Below, piece after piece: positions 32,902 through 44,262 of a stretch of DNA of 64,000 bases. Numbering within the stretch: the first letter of the stretch is position 1; every line of letters begins with the position of its first letter. The notes under the pieces are model-generated. The model did not search any database and had not been told where the DNA came from. It was given only the letters and a program-made list of their open reading frames with translations. A program made the translations under genes and the position numbers. This DNA is from Desulfobaccales bacterium. Lineage in GTDB: Bacteria > Desulfobacterota > Desulfobaccia > Desulfobaccales > 0-14-0-80-60-11. The stretch lies in the NCBI GenBank assembly GCA_049580385.1, contig JBAUPV010000030.1:769974-833973 (forward strand), written 5' to 3'.

Positions 32902-33969
32902 ATGGACCATGCCGGAGGGCCCTTGGTGAGGCTGGCCACGGTGGCCAGCGCCACCCCGCCCTATGAGGCGGACCAGCGGGAGGCCAAGGATTTCTTTGTC
33001 CGCCATTTCGCCAAGCAGCTCAGCGCCCGCTCTCTAAGACTGCTCAAGAGATTCCTGGCTCATCCCAGCATCAGGCGGCGTTGCTTTGCCCTGGACCGTC
33101 CCGATTGTCTGGCGTCCGAGAATCCGGACCAACGGATGGCGCGGTTTACCCGTTGGGCCTTGGAGTTGTCAGCCCGGGCGAGCCGGGAGGCGCTGGCGCG
33201 AGCCGGCCTGGCGCCCGCGGAGGTGGGGGCCCTGGTGATCAACACTTGCACCGGCTATCTCTGCCCCGGTATCTCCAGCTACCTCCTGGAGACTCTGAAC
33301 CTGCCCCGGAACATCCGGGCTTATGACTTGGTGGGCAGCGGCTGCGGCGGCGCCCTCCCCAATCTCCAGGTGGCCCGGGAGTACCTGCGGGCCGGCGGGA
33401 AGGGCGCCGCTCTGTGCGTCTCGGTGGAGATCTGCAGCGCCACCTTCCACATGGAGGACGACCTGAGCCTGATTCTCTCCAATGCCCTGTTCGCCGACGG
33501 GGCGGCGGCTGCGGTCCTCTGGACCCGACCCAGGGGGCTGGAGCTGGTGGCTGCCGCCAGCCGGCATGCGCCGGAAGACCGGGAGGCCATCCGGTACATC
33601 CATAAGAACGGACAGCTCTATAACCAGCTAGCCCCCGGCTTGCCGTACCTCGTCAAAAGGGCGGTGGCTCAGGCGGTGCAAGAGGTCCTGGCCGCACTTA
33701 ACCTGCGGGTTGCCGATGTGGCGCATTGGGCCTTGCACGGGGGCGGCCACAAGGTCCTGGAGGCCGTGGCCCGGGAATTGGATTTGCCTCCGGAAAAACT
33801 TCTTCCCACCCGGGAAACCCTGGCCCGCTTCGGCAACATGTCCTCCCCTTCGGTCCTCTTCACCCTCGGGGACATCCTCAACAACGGCCTGCGGCGCCGG
33901 GACTGGGTCATGATGGCCTCCTTCGGCGCCGGCCTTTCGGCCCACGCCCTCCTCTTGCGGTCATCCTGA
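32902..33969 (+). CDS. Type III polyketide synthase
   Basis: ATG 32902 has a GAGAGG SD; the track starts at GTG 32896. The catalytic triad context is NTCTGYLCPG (Cys), WALHGGGHKVL (His) and FGNMSSPSVLF (Asn), as in bacterial PKS11/PKS18/BpsA-type enzymes. Confidence 0.85.
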   Translation: MDHAGGPLVRLATVASATPPYEADQREAKDFFVRHFAKQLSARSLRLLKRFLAHPSIRRRCFALDRPDCLASENPDQRMARFTRWALELSARASREALARAGLAPAEVGALVINTCTGYLCPGISSYLLETLNLPRNIRAYDLVGSGCGGALPNLQVAREYLRAGGKGAALCVSVEICSATFHMEDDLSLILSNALFADGAAAAVLWTRPRGLELVAAASRHAPEDREAIRYIHKNGQLYNQLAPGLPYLVKRAVAQAVQEVLAALNLRVADVAHWALHGGGHKVLEAVARELDLPPEKLLPTRETLARFGNMSSPSVLFTLGDILNNGLRRRDWVMMASFGAGLSAHALLLRSS

Positions 33970-34065
33970 CCGGGCTCGCCGGGGGGTCTGGTCCAAGGCG
34001 TCACTGCCCCGGGGAAATAAAAAAAATATATAGCAATCTTTCCGCATAGACAATATAATGTATAT

Positions 34066-34167
34066 GAAAGGTGAACGATTGAGGTTACCCCCTTCTCCTT
34101 GATTGATTCAGGCCTTTCGACAAAGCGGACTGGCCGGAGGCACCCCTTCCTCCGGCCAGTTTTTTTT
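34066..34167 (+). ncRNA. Candidate ~100-nt orphan transcript (sRNA or leader), speculative
   Basis: A promoter-like sequence TAGCAA-17 nt-TATAAT (34031-34059) lies ~70 nt upstream of a textbook terminator. The segment contains CCUUCUCCUU (anti-SD-like) and only a 14-codon ORF. Confidence 0.2.
34130..34167 (+). terminator. Rho-independent terminator
   Basis: CTGGCCGGAGG-(8 nt)-CCTCCGGCCAG is followed by T8. Confidence 0.8.
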
Positions 34168-34270
34168 AGGCGGCGCCTGAGATTCCGGCGGCGCGAGACG
34201 CCCGCCCCTGGTGGCAGGCAGTCTGGGGAGCGCTTCGGCCCTGGAGACAGCCGTCAGCCGGCGGCCGCGC

Positions 34271-34642
34271 TCATTCTGCCCTGGGGCTGGGCTCGCCGAT
34301 CTTGACGGCCTCGATCCTCTGAAGGCAGTCCTCGGCGCTAAGGCGGCCGTGGAAATAATCCTGCAGGGCCTGGAGGAAGGGGTTGGCTGCGAAAAACTGC
34401 TGAATTCCCAGCCGGTCTCCCAGGTCGGGGAGCGGCAAAGGGATTTTGAAGTGGGCGGCAATTTTCCGGAAGACTTCCAGTTGCTGGATTTCAGCCTGGC
34501 GCATCTGGGCTTCCACCTGGAACAGGAGTTTCCGCAGCCTAAGCAGATAATCGTCATTTTCGCGGTATTCCCGGACTTTGTGCTTCAGAAAGTTAAGTTG
34601 GTGCTTTCTGGCCAGGGTGTTGTAGGAGATGACTTTGCTCAT
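34271..34642 (-). CDS. Hypothetical helical protein
   Basis: Trimmed to ATG 34642: [26 protein letters not shown]... No motif recognised. Confidence 0.5.
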   Translation of the reverse strand: MSKVISYNTLARKHQLNFLKHKVREYRENDDYLLRLRKLLFQVEAQMRQAEIQQLEVFRKIAAHFKIPLPLPDLGDRLGIQQFFAANPFLQALQDYFHGRLSAEDCLQRIEAVKIGEPSPRAE

Positions 34643-34760
34643 GGGGGGAAGCCTCTCTCTGCAAAATGATCTACGGGTGGGCCAGGGATCATGGGCGCCT
34701 GTTGGAAAAATTATCATCCAACCTTGCAGATTCAAGGCAAAAAGGTTAATTTCGTCAGAT

Positions 34761-35150
34761 ATGAAAAGCACGGAGATACCTGACTTTGCCAAAATGGGGG
34801 GCTTGGTGCCGGCCATTGTCCAGGAGGCGGCCAGCGGCGAGGTGCTGATGCTGGCCTTCATGAATGAAGCGGCCTGGGTCGAGACCTTGAAAACCGGCGA
34901 GGCCCATTATTTCAGCCGCAGCCGCAACGAGCTCTGGCACAAGGGCGGCACCTCCGGCCACGTGCAGCGGGTCAAGGAGATCTACCTCGATTGCGACAAT
35001 GATACGATCCTCCTGAAGGTGGAGCAGGTGGGAGGCGCCGCCTGCCACACCGGTTACCGCAGTTGTTTTTACCGCCGCCGCCGGGGGACCGGCTGGGAGG
35101 TGGTGGGTTCGCCAGTCTTTGATCCCAAGGAGGTGTACGGAGGTGTCTAA
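34761..35150 (+). CDS. hisI: Phosphoribosyl-AMP cyclohydrolase
   Basis: Trimmed to ATG 34761. The HisI pattern is [24 protein letters not shown]...[22 protein letters not shown]...[27 protein letters not shown]. Confidence 0.9.
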   Translation: MKSTEIPDFAKMGGLVPAIVQEAASGEVLMLAFMNEAAWVETLKTGEAHYFSRSRNELWHKGGTSGHVQRVKEIYLDCDNDTILLKVEQVGGAACHTGYRSCFYRRRRGTGWEVVGSPVFDPKEVYGGV

Positions 35151-36018
35151 ACTGCGACTGGGGCTCCCCAAGGGCAGCCTGGAGAAAGCCACCCTGGAGT
35201 TGTTTCGCCGTTCCGGCTGGCATATTCAGGTGAATGGCCGGAGCTACTTTCCGGACATCGACGATCCGGAGATTACCTGCTCCATGTGCCGGGCCCAGGA
35301 AATGAGCCGCTACGTGGAGAACGGCACCCTGGACTGCGGCATCACCGGCAAAGACTGGACCATGGAGAACGACTCCAAGGTGACGGTGGTGGCTGACTTG
35401 ATGTATTCCAAGTCTAGCCTCAACCCGGTGAGCTGGGTGCTCGCGGTGCCTGCGGAGTCAGAGATCAGGTCCCTCAGGGACCTGGCGGGCAAGAAGCTGG
35501 CCACCGAACTGGTGAACTACACCCGCCGCTATTTCGAGCAGCGCCAAATCCCGGTAAGTGTGGAGTTTTCCTGGGGGGCCACCGAGGCCAAGGTGGCCGC
35601 CGGCCTGGTGGACGCCATCGTCGAGGTGACCGAGACCGGCAGCACCATCAAGGCTCACGGCCTCAAGATCGTTCACGAGCTGTTCCAGAGCAATACGCAG
35701 TTCATCGCCAACAATCAGGTGTGGGAAAACGACGCAACGAAGCGGGAGAAGATGGAATCTCTATCGGTTTTGCTCCTGGGGGCGCTCAGGGCCGAACGCA
35801 TGGTGGGCCTGAAGATGAACATCCCGGAAAAGCAATTGAAGAGCATCGTGGACCTGCTCCCCAGCCTGCTGGCCCCCACCATCGCCAGCCTCTATGAAAC
35901 CGATTGGTATTCGGTGGAGGTGGTGGTGAACTCCTCCGAGGTCAGGAACCTTATCCCCAATTTAATCCGGGCCGGGGCCCAGGGGATTGTGGAGTATCCG
36001 CTGCATAAGGTGATTTGA
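35143..36018 (+). CDS. hisG: ATP phosphoribosyltransferase (long form)
   Basis: GTG 35143 has AGGAGG upstream (alternative ATG 35119) and overlaps the hisI end. The N-terminus is [20 protein letters not shown]... Confidence 0.85.
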   Translation: MSKLRLGLPKGSLEKATLELFRRSGWHIQVNGRSYFPDIDDPEITCSMCRAQEMSRYVENGTLDCGITGKDWTMENDSKVTVVADLMYSKSSLNPVSWVLAVPAESEIRSLRDLAGKKLATELVNYTRRYFEQRQIPVSVEFSWGATEAKVAAGLVDAIVEVTETGSTIKAHGLKIVHELFQSNTQFIANNQVWENDATKREKMESLSVLLLGALRAERMVGLKMNIPEKQLKSIVDLLPSLLAPTIASLYETDWYSVEVVVNSSEVRNLIPNLIRAGAQGIVEYPLHKVI

Positions 36019-36133
36019 TTCCGCACTTGTCCAACACCCATTAATCCCAAAGGTGTTTCAACCCCGAGGGGGAGATGCCCGGAAGGTTGCCCAACGGGCA
36101 GCTAATGCCGGCGAGGCACACAGGTGCTCTGAT

Positions 36134-37183
36134 ATGAATGAGGCTTTCGAGGCTGATACCACTCAACCGGTCAGCGACCCCTGGTGGCTGGCCGGTCTTC
36201 TCTTTACGCCCTTGCGCTGGCTCATGGGCTGGTTCTTCTTTTCGGCGCTGTGGCGGCGCCTCGTGCTCGAATATAAGCTCGACCCAGGGGGGCCGGGTTA
36301 CGTGGGCGAGAAGATCAATCATTTCCTGCCCCACGCCCTGCTGATCGGGCCGATGATCGCCAAGATGCTGGACCATCCCCCATTGCTGCTTCTCAACCTG
36401 TGGTTCTTCACCCTGGTGGAGGGACTGGCCGGTATCGCGCTGCTGCTGGGAGTGGCGACCCGGCTTGCCGGCCTGGCTCTGGCGTGCCTCGCTTTCGGCA
36501 TCCTCCTGGGGTCGGGATGGCTGGGCACCACCTGCCTGGACGAGTGGCAGATCGGTTGTCTGGGTGTGGTCAGCGGCTTGCTCATCATCCTCGCCGGCGG
36601 CGGTCCCCTGTCCGTAGATGCCTGGCTGGCCAGGCGCCTTCCGAACCTCGCCTCCGGGAGGATATTCCCGCTTTTGACCTCTGGAAGTTTGCCGCTGGCT
36701 CGCCCGGCTGTGCGCGGCCTGGCGCTTGCCGCCGGCATTGTCTGCCTGGCGCTCACCTTATGGACCAACCAGGTTTTCCACGGAGGGGTTTGGGGGCCGC
36801 TCCATAACAAATCAGTCAAACCCCATTTGCTAGTGACTGAAGCGGCGCTGAGCCCTGATGGCCGACTCAGTTTTGACGTTTATCGCGATGAAGGGGTGGA
36901 CACCTACGGCGCCTTCATTGTCGAGGTGGATCTGGTAAACTCTGCGGGCGCGGCGGTCTATCGGTGGGATAGCGCGGCCCTGGCAGCCGTCGCCCCTGGA
37001 GATATCCGCAACCGCTGGCTGGTGAAGGTTAAACCGGTCCATTATGGCCTGGAGGTGCCGCTGGGAGGCAAGGCGCAGGTGCGGCTCTCTCTGCCTGCCG
37101 GCGTGAGGCCCGAATCCCGGTTGGCAGTGGTGCTCCACGACGTGAGCGGGGCCAAATGGTCGGGGCCAGTGACTGCTGAGTGA
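36134..37183 (+). CDS. Polytopic membrane protein, DoxX/DoxD-like N-terminal half plus C-terminal soluble domain (tentative)
   Basis: The start is set at ATG 36134. The N-terminal half has 4-5 hydrophobic helices (WWLAGLLFTPLRWLMGWFFFSALWRRL, LWFFTLVEGLAGIALLLGV). The C-terminal ~130 aa look beta-rich. The family call is weak. Confidence 0.45.
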   Translation: MNEAFEADTTQPVSDPWWLAGLLFTPLRWLMGWFFFSALWRRLVLEYKLDPGGPGYVGEKINHFLPHALLIGPMIAKMLDHPPLLLLNLWFFTLVEGLAGIALLLGVATRLAGLALACLAFGILLGSGWLGTTCLDEWQIGCLGVVSGLLIILAGGGPLSVDAWLARRLPNLASGRIFPLLTSGSLPLARPAVRGLALAAGIVCLALTLWTNQVFHGGVWGPLHNKSVKPHLLVTEAALSPDGRLSFDVYRDEGVDTYGAFIVEVDLVNSAGAAVYRWDSAALAAVAPGDIRNRWLVKVKPVHYGLEVPLGGKAQVRLSLPAGVRPESRLAVVLHDVSGAKWSGPVTAE

Positions 37184-37392
37184 TAAATCTTATATCAGTG
37201 GTTACTAATAGTCCGTAGTCCGTGAGGGGGGAAAGCAAAGCGCCTCCCGCCTTGAGCATTATGCCTTCTCTATCTTTCCCCTCTGGAATTTTGTGCTGCA
37301 AGGCGACGGCAAAGCAGGGCGACTGTGAAGAAGAACCTGCCGCCAGGACTTTTCATGCGCGAATATGTTGCGGCACCCTGTTAGGCCATACT

Positions 37393-37429
37393 CAAAAACC
37401 CAAGGCGGGATGCGCTTCGCTTTCCCGCC
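37393..37429 (-). terminator. Possible terminator of nrdJ
   Basis: The minus strand reads GGCGGGA-(12 nt)-TCCCGCC followed by TTGGGTTTTTGAG. Confidence 0.4.
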
Positions 37430-37454
37430 CTACGACTGCTCAAAATAACCCCTA

Positions 37455-39236
37455 TTAGACCGAACAGAGGCGGCATTCTTCGGCGAATTCCTGGGACAGG
37501 GTGAGGGCCCGGGTTGCGCTCGGCAGGCTCAGGACCTGGCCCGGCTTGGAGCCGTAGCGGTAAACCGTGATGCCCTTGAGGCCCAGTTGCCAGGCCAGCC
37601 GGTAGGCCCGGGCGATGTCCGCGAGGGTTGCGTCCGGGGCCAGATTGATGGTCTTGGAGACCGCGTTCTCCACATGGGCCTGGAAGGCGGCCTGCATCCG
37701 CACCTGGTAATCGACGCTCACCTCGAAGGTGGTGGGGAACAGGCGCCTGAGCTCTTCGGGCAATTCCTGAAAGGGCCGCACCCGGCCGCTCCCGAGAATG
37801 GAGGGCAGCCAATCCTCGTAGTTCAGGCCGAACTCCTGCAACTTTTGCAGGAACAACGGCTGAACCTCTTCAAATTCCTGCCCCTCCAGGGCCCGGCGCC
37901 GGTAGGCCACCGCGAAGAGAGGTTCGATGCCGCTGGAGGCGCCGGCGATGATACTGATGGTGCCGGTGGGGGCCACGGTGGTCACGGTGGCGTGCCGCCG
38001 CGGTTTTCTGCCCTCCTTAAAATAGCGGCTGTGGGGAAAATTCGGAAAGGGGCCGCGTTCCTCCGCCAGGACTTCGGAGCGGGCCACCGTCCGGGCCTGG
38101 ATGCGAGCCATGAGGCGCCCTCCCAGGTCCAGGGCTTCCTGGGAATCGTAGGCAATCCCCAATTGGATAAACAGGTCCGCCAACCCCATGACCCCCAGGC
38201 CGATCTTGCGGTTGGCCCGGGTAATTTTGCTGATCTGGGGCAGGGGGTAGTGGCTCTGGTCGATGACGTCATCCAGAAAAGTTACTCCCAGGTCCACCAG
38301 GCGGTCCAACTCCTCCCAGTCCAGGCCGCCGCTCTTAACCAGGCTGCCCAGGTTGATGGAACCCAGGTTGCAGGATTCATAGGGCAGCAGCGGCTGTTCG
38401 CCGCAGGGGTTGGTGGCCTCCAGGCGGCCCAACTCCGGGGTGGGGTTGGCGCGCTCGATGGCGTCCAGAAAGATGAGACCCGGATCGCCGGTCGTGAGGG
38501 CAGAGCCGCAGATGAGGTCAAAAACCTCCTGGGCCCGGAGTCGCCCGGTTTCCTGCCGGGTACGGGGATTAACCAGAGGATAGGTTTGGTCCCGAGCCTC
38601 CCGTTCCATGAAGTCGTCAGTGACTGCCACCGAGAGGTTGAAGTTGCTGAGAATCCCCGGTTCGCTCTTGGCCTTGATGAACTCCAATACGTCCGGGTGA
38701 TCGACATTGAGGATGCCCATATTGGCGCCCCGGCGCCGGCCGCCCTGCTTCACCACCGCGGTGGTGGTATCAAAAATCTGCATGAAGCCGACGGGCCCGG
38801 AGGCCACCCCCCCGGTGCTCTTGACCTGGTCGCCCCGGGGCCGCAGGTGGGTGAAGGAGAAACCGGTGCCGCCCCCGGTCTGGTGTATCAGGGCCATGTC
38901 CCGGACGCCTTCCAGGATGGAGCGCATGTCGTCTGCCACCGGGACGACGAAGCAGGCGGCCAATTGCCCCCGGGGCAAACCGGCATTCATCAAGGTCGGG
39001 GTGTTGGGCAGGAATTTCAGGGAGCTCATGGCCTCGTGAAAGGACGCCTCCTGGCGGGCCACCGCCTGGGGGCCACCGTAGCGCTTTTCCGCGGCCGCCA
39101 CCCCCCGCGCTACCCGGACAAACAACTCCGCCGGGGTTTCCACCACTTTTCCATCCGGGTCGCGGCGGAGATAGCGTTCCTCAAGGACCCGCAGGGCGAT
39201 GGGACGAAACTGCGGAAGGGGAGGGGAGGCGGCCAT
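37455..39236 (-). CDS. nrdJ: Class II (adenosylcobalamin-dependent) ribonucleotide reductase
   Basis: 593 aa. Motifs are NTPTLMNAG, GGGTGFSFTHLRPRGD and NPCGEQPLLPYESCNLGSINL. Confidence 0.9.
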   Translation of the reverse strand: MAASPPLPQFRPIALRVLEERYLRRDPDGKVVETPAELFVRVARGVAAAEKRYGGPQAVARQEASFHEAMSSLKFLPNTPTLMNAGLPRGQLAACFVVPVADDMRSILEGVRDMALIHQTGGGTGFSFTHLRPRGDQVKSTGGVASGPVGFMQIFDTTTAVVKQGGRRRGANMGILNVDHPDVLEFIKAKSEPGILSNFNLSVAVTDDFMEREARDQTYPLVNPRTRQETGRLRAQEVFDLICGSALTTGDPGLIFLDAIERANPTPELGRLEATNPCGEQPLLPYESCNLGSINLGSLVKSGGLDWEELDRLVDLGVTFLDDVIDQSHYPLPQISKITRANRKIGLGVMGLADLFIQLGIAYDSQEALDLGGRLMARIQARTVARSEVLAEERGPFPNFPHSRYFKEGRKPRRHATVTTVAPTGTISIIAGASSGIEPLFAVAYRRRALEGQEFEEVQPLFLQKLQEFGLNYEDWLPSILGSGRVRPFQELPEELRRLFPTTFEVSVDYQVRMQAAFQAHVENAVSKTINLAPDATLADIARAYRLAWQLGLKGITVYRYGSKPGQVLSLPSATRALTLSQEFAEECRLCSV

Positions 39237-39249
39237 GCACAGCTCCTAA

Positions 39250-39310
39250 GGAATTTTGAGTTGTGGGGGCGACCCGCTGGGTCGCCCAGTTTCGGATTTC
39301 GAGTTTGATT
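39250..39310 (-). repeat. REP-like element family A (inverted copy)
   Basis: The reverse complement reads AACTCGAAATCCGAAAC-TGGGCGACCCAGCGGGTCGCCCC-CACAACTCAAAA. Confidence 0.7.
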
Positions 39311-39362
39311 GAATGCGAACATATTAAGGATTAAAGCTGCGGGAGGCAAGGGCGTACTGGAA

Positions 39363-39427
39363 GGTAAAAGTAAAAAGTAAAAAGGCAAAACGAACTCAGG
39401 GCCTTTGTTTTATTGCCTTTTGCCTTT
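39363..39427. repeat. A-arm/T-arm heptad palindrome (family B)
   Basis: GGTAAAA GTAAAAA GTAAAAA GGCAAAA is followed by a spacer and TTTGTTTTATTGCCTTTTGCCTTT. AAAGGCAAAA (39381-39390) pairs with TTTTGCCTTT (39418-39427). The 25-mer at 39366-39390 is identical to 52731-52755. Confidence 0.7.
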
Positions 39428-39446
39428 AATCAGCTTCCGGCTACTG

Positions 39447-40628
39447 CTAACTCCGGTAACTGGCGTTAATCCGTATGTAGTCCTCGGTGAGGTCGCAGGT
39501 GTCGTAGAAGTCGGAAAAGGTCCCCTGGTGCAGGTGGATAGTCAGGTTGAAGGCCCCGCTGCGGATGATCTTCTGGGCCCGGGCTTCCGGCTCCGGCCCC
39601 AGCCCCTCTCCTTTTTGCACCACCAGGGAGTCGCCATACGAAATTTCCACCTGCTGGGGGTCGAAGCGGGCGCCGGAGCGGCCCAGGGCCGCCATGACGC
39701 GCCCCCAATTGACGTCCGCCCCGGCCATGGCGGTCTTCACCAAGGGTGAGAGGGCCACGGTGCGGGCCGCCTTCAGGGCCTCAGCCGCACTGTACGCGCC
39801 CCGCACCTCCACCCGGTAAAGATGCCGGGCTCCCTCGCCATCGGCCACCACTTGGGAGGCCAGATCCGCCATCACCTGGTTGAGCATCTCTCCCAGGGTA
39901 GCCATGGCTGGCCCCTCCTCCCGGAGCGGTGGGTTCCCGGCCCGGCCGCTGGCCAGCAAGAGAATGGTATCGTTGGTGGAGGTGTCGCCATCTATGGTGA
40001 TGCGGTTGAAACTGAGCGGCAGGGCCCGGCGCAGCAGTTTGGCGAGGATTCTAGGGGATACGGCCGCATCGGTGAACAGGAAGACCAACAGGGTGGCCAG
40101 ATCCGGATGGATCATGCCGGCCCCTTTGGCCATACCGGCCAGGGTCACCTGGCGGCCGCCGATCTCCTCCCGCAGCAGGGCGGTCTTGGGGCGGGTGTCG
40201 GTGGTCAGGATGGCCTCGGCCGCTTCGGGGAAACCCTGGGGGTGCAGCCGCTCCGCCAGCCCGGGCAAGGCCCGGGTGATCTTAGCCAGCGGCAGGGGTT
40301 GGCCGATAACCCCGGTGGAGGCGGGCAGCACCAGGGGTTCCGGGATCTTGAGTAAACCGGCGGCAATCCTGGTGCATTCCCGGGCGTCCGCCAGCCCCCC
40401 CGGGCCGGTGCAGGCGTTGGCGTTGCCGGCGTTCACCAGGATGGCCTGGGCCTTGCCGGACCTGAGGCGCTCCCGGCTGAGGAGCACCGGGGCCGCCTTG
40501 ACGAGGTTGGTGGTGAAGACCCCGGCCGCGGCGGCGGGGGCGTCCGCGGCCATCAAGGCCAGGTCCAGGGCGCCGGTCTTCTTGAGGCCGGCGGCGGTGG
40601 CGGCAAAACGGAATCCGGGAATAATCAA
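39447..40628 (-). CDS. argJ: Bifunctional glutamate N-acetyltransferase / amino-acid acetyltransferase
   Basis: 393 aa with a TTG start and GGGAGGTG SD. MAKGAGMIHPDLATLLVFLFTDA contains the autoprocessing site. Confidence 0.9.
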   Translation of the reverse strand: MIIPGFRFAATAAGLKKTGALDLALMAADAPAAAAGVFTTNLVKAAPVLLSRERLRSGKAQAILVNAGNANACTGPGGLADARECTRIAAGLLKIPEPLVLPASTGVIGQPLPLAKITRALPGLAERLHPQGFPEAAEAILTTDTRPKTALLREEIGGRQVTLAGMAKGAGMIHPDLATLLVFLFTDAAVSPRILAKLLRRALPLSFNRITIDGDTSTNDTILLLASGRAGNPPLREEGPAMATLGEMLNQVMADLASQVVADGEGARHLYRVEVRGAYSAAEALKAARTVALSPLVKTAMAGADVNWGRVMAALGRSGARFDPQQVEISYGDSLVVQKGEGLGPEPEARAQKIIRSGAFNLTIHLHQGTFSDFYDTCDLTEDYIRINASYRS

Positions 40629-40798
40629 GGTTCACCTCCCAGGAAAATTTACCACAGGGCGTTGGGGAACCAAGAAAAAAATGGAAAGCGGAGGGACGCC
40701 AGCGTCGCTGAAGCCTGATACCAAGCCCAGACCCCTGTTAAAATGCTTTAAGCGGCGGCCGCAGGCCTCCCTATAAATCTATCCGGGTTGATCCCGCG

Positions 40799-41116
40799 CT
40801 AACGGGTCGGGGAGCGCAGCCTGCCGAAATAGGTGGCTAGCCAGGCTGCGGCGATCAAGACGCCCAATCCCACCACGATCCAACCAATTCCAGCCTCGGG
40901 ACCATGCGGGGTGAAGAACCAGAGAAGGACAAAGCCCACCACAAAATTGACAAATCCCCAAAGGGCGTTGCTGAGGGGCGAGGATTCGCCGACCCCGGGT
41001 GGCGAGGCAAAGGGCGACTGAAAGCGGTGGCCGCTAATGCCCTGAACGAAATGAGGGACGCCGTTGGCTAGAAACAGCCCGCTGACGAATTCGAGCAGGT
41101 AAAAATACCACGCCAT
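40799..41116 (-). CDS. Small hypothetical membrane protein
   Basis: 105 aa with 3 hydrophobic helices (MAWYFYLLEFVSGLFLANG...). Confidence 0.55.
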   Translation of the reverse strand: MAWYFYLLEFVSGLFLANGVPHFVQGISGHRFQSPFASPPGVGESSPLSNALWGFVNFVVGFVLLWFFTPHGPEAGIGWIVVGLGVLIAAAWLATYFGRLRSPTR

Positions 41117-41174
41117 TTCAGTTTCCTTTCAGGATATCTTGATTTCCTGCCCTTCACCAGCCCCGACCCGAAAA

Positions 41175-43676
<2,502 letters not shown>

Positions 43677-43732
43677 ATTGGTTTAGATATCATCCACCAG
43701 GAAATAGGTTTGCATGGGGCAAATTAGATTAT

Positions 43733-43966
43733 TTACGAAGCATCCTTTAATAACGCCAGAAATTCTTCTCTAGAGATTCCCGCGGTTTTAAGATTATTTT
43801 TTATAATGGAAACCGGCACTTCATCATAAGTTGGAATTACGAAGGGCCTGGAAATGCCGGGTTTCACATATGCTCGATGACTGCCTTCTTGACGCGCCAA
43901 TTTGAATCCATTAGTCACGAATATCTTCTCCAGTACCTTCCAATGGAGCGGCGCCATCCTGGTCAT
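43733..43966 (-). CDS. hicA: HicA-family toxin (mRNA interferase)
   Basis: 77 aa. The HicA pattern is GFKLARQEGSHRAYVKPG...VIPTYDEVP...IIKNNLKTAGISREEF. Confidence 0.75.
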   Translation of the reverse strand: MTRMAPLHWKVLEKIFVTNGFKLARQEGSHRAYVKPGISRPFVIPTYDEVPVSIIKNNLKTAGISREEFLALLKDAS

Positions 43967-43969
43967 ATA

Positions 43970-44251
43970 TCAGATGGCGACCACGGCGGAATGCCTTTCA
44001 ATCGATACCCAGGGAGGGCTTTTCCAGCTTCCCTGGATCAATTCATAACCGCATTCCTGGAGGACTTCCGCAGTTGTCTCCATATCGTCGAGGGTAAGCA
44101 GGAAGACCTTGACGGCTTCATCGAGCGCCTTGCGGGCTGCTTTCGGGGTAGGGCCTGAACTCATGACGTCCAGGGGCAGGGCATGAGCAATAAACTGATG
44201 GCCTTCTTGCCAAATATATAAGGTATATTCAATAGTTACTTCGGATGGCAT
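43970..44251 (-). CDS. hicB: HicB-like antitoxin (UPF0150 fold)
   Basis: 93 aa, 3 nt upstream of hicA (YTLYIWQEGHQFIAHALPLDVMSSGPT). No obvious C-terminal HTH. Confidence 0.6.
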   Translation of the reverse strand: MPSEVTIEYTLYIWQEGHQFIAHALPLDVMSSGPTPKAARKALDEAVKVFLLTLDDMETTAEVLQECGYELIQGSWKSPPWVSIERHSAVVAI

Positions 44252-44262
44252 AATTTATTCCC

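Noticed and set aside
37587-39308. 573-aa plus-strand ORF
   Set aside because: It is antisense to nrdJ. The same applies to 41139..42338 and 42576..43727 (antisense to secA), 48319..49404 (dsrA), 49830..50816 and 51488..52723 (M16 genes), and 53965..54771 (lepB).
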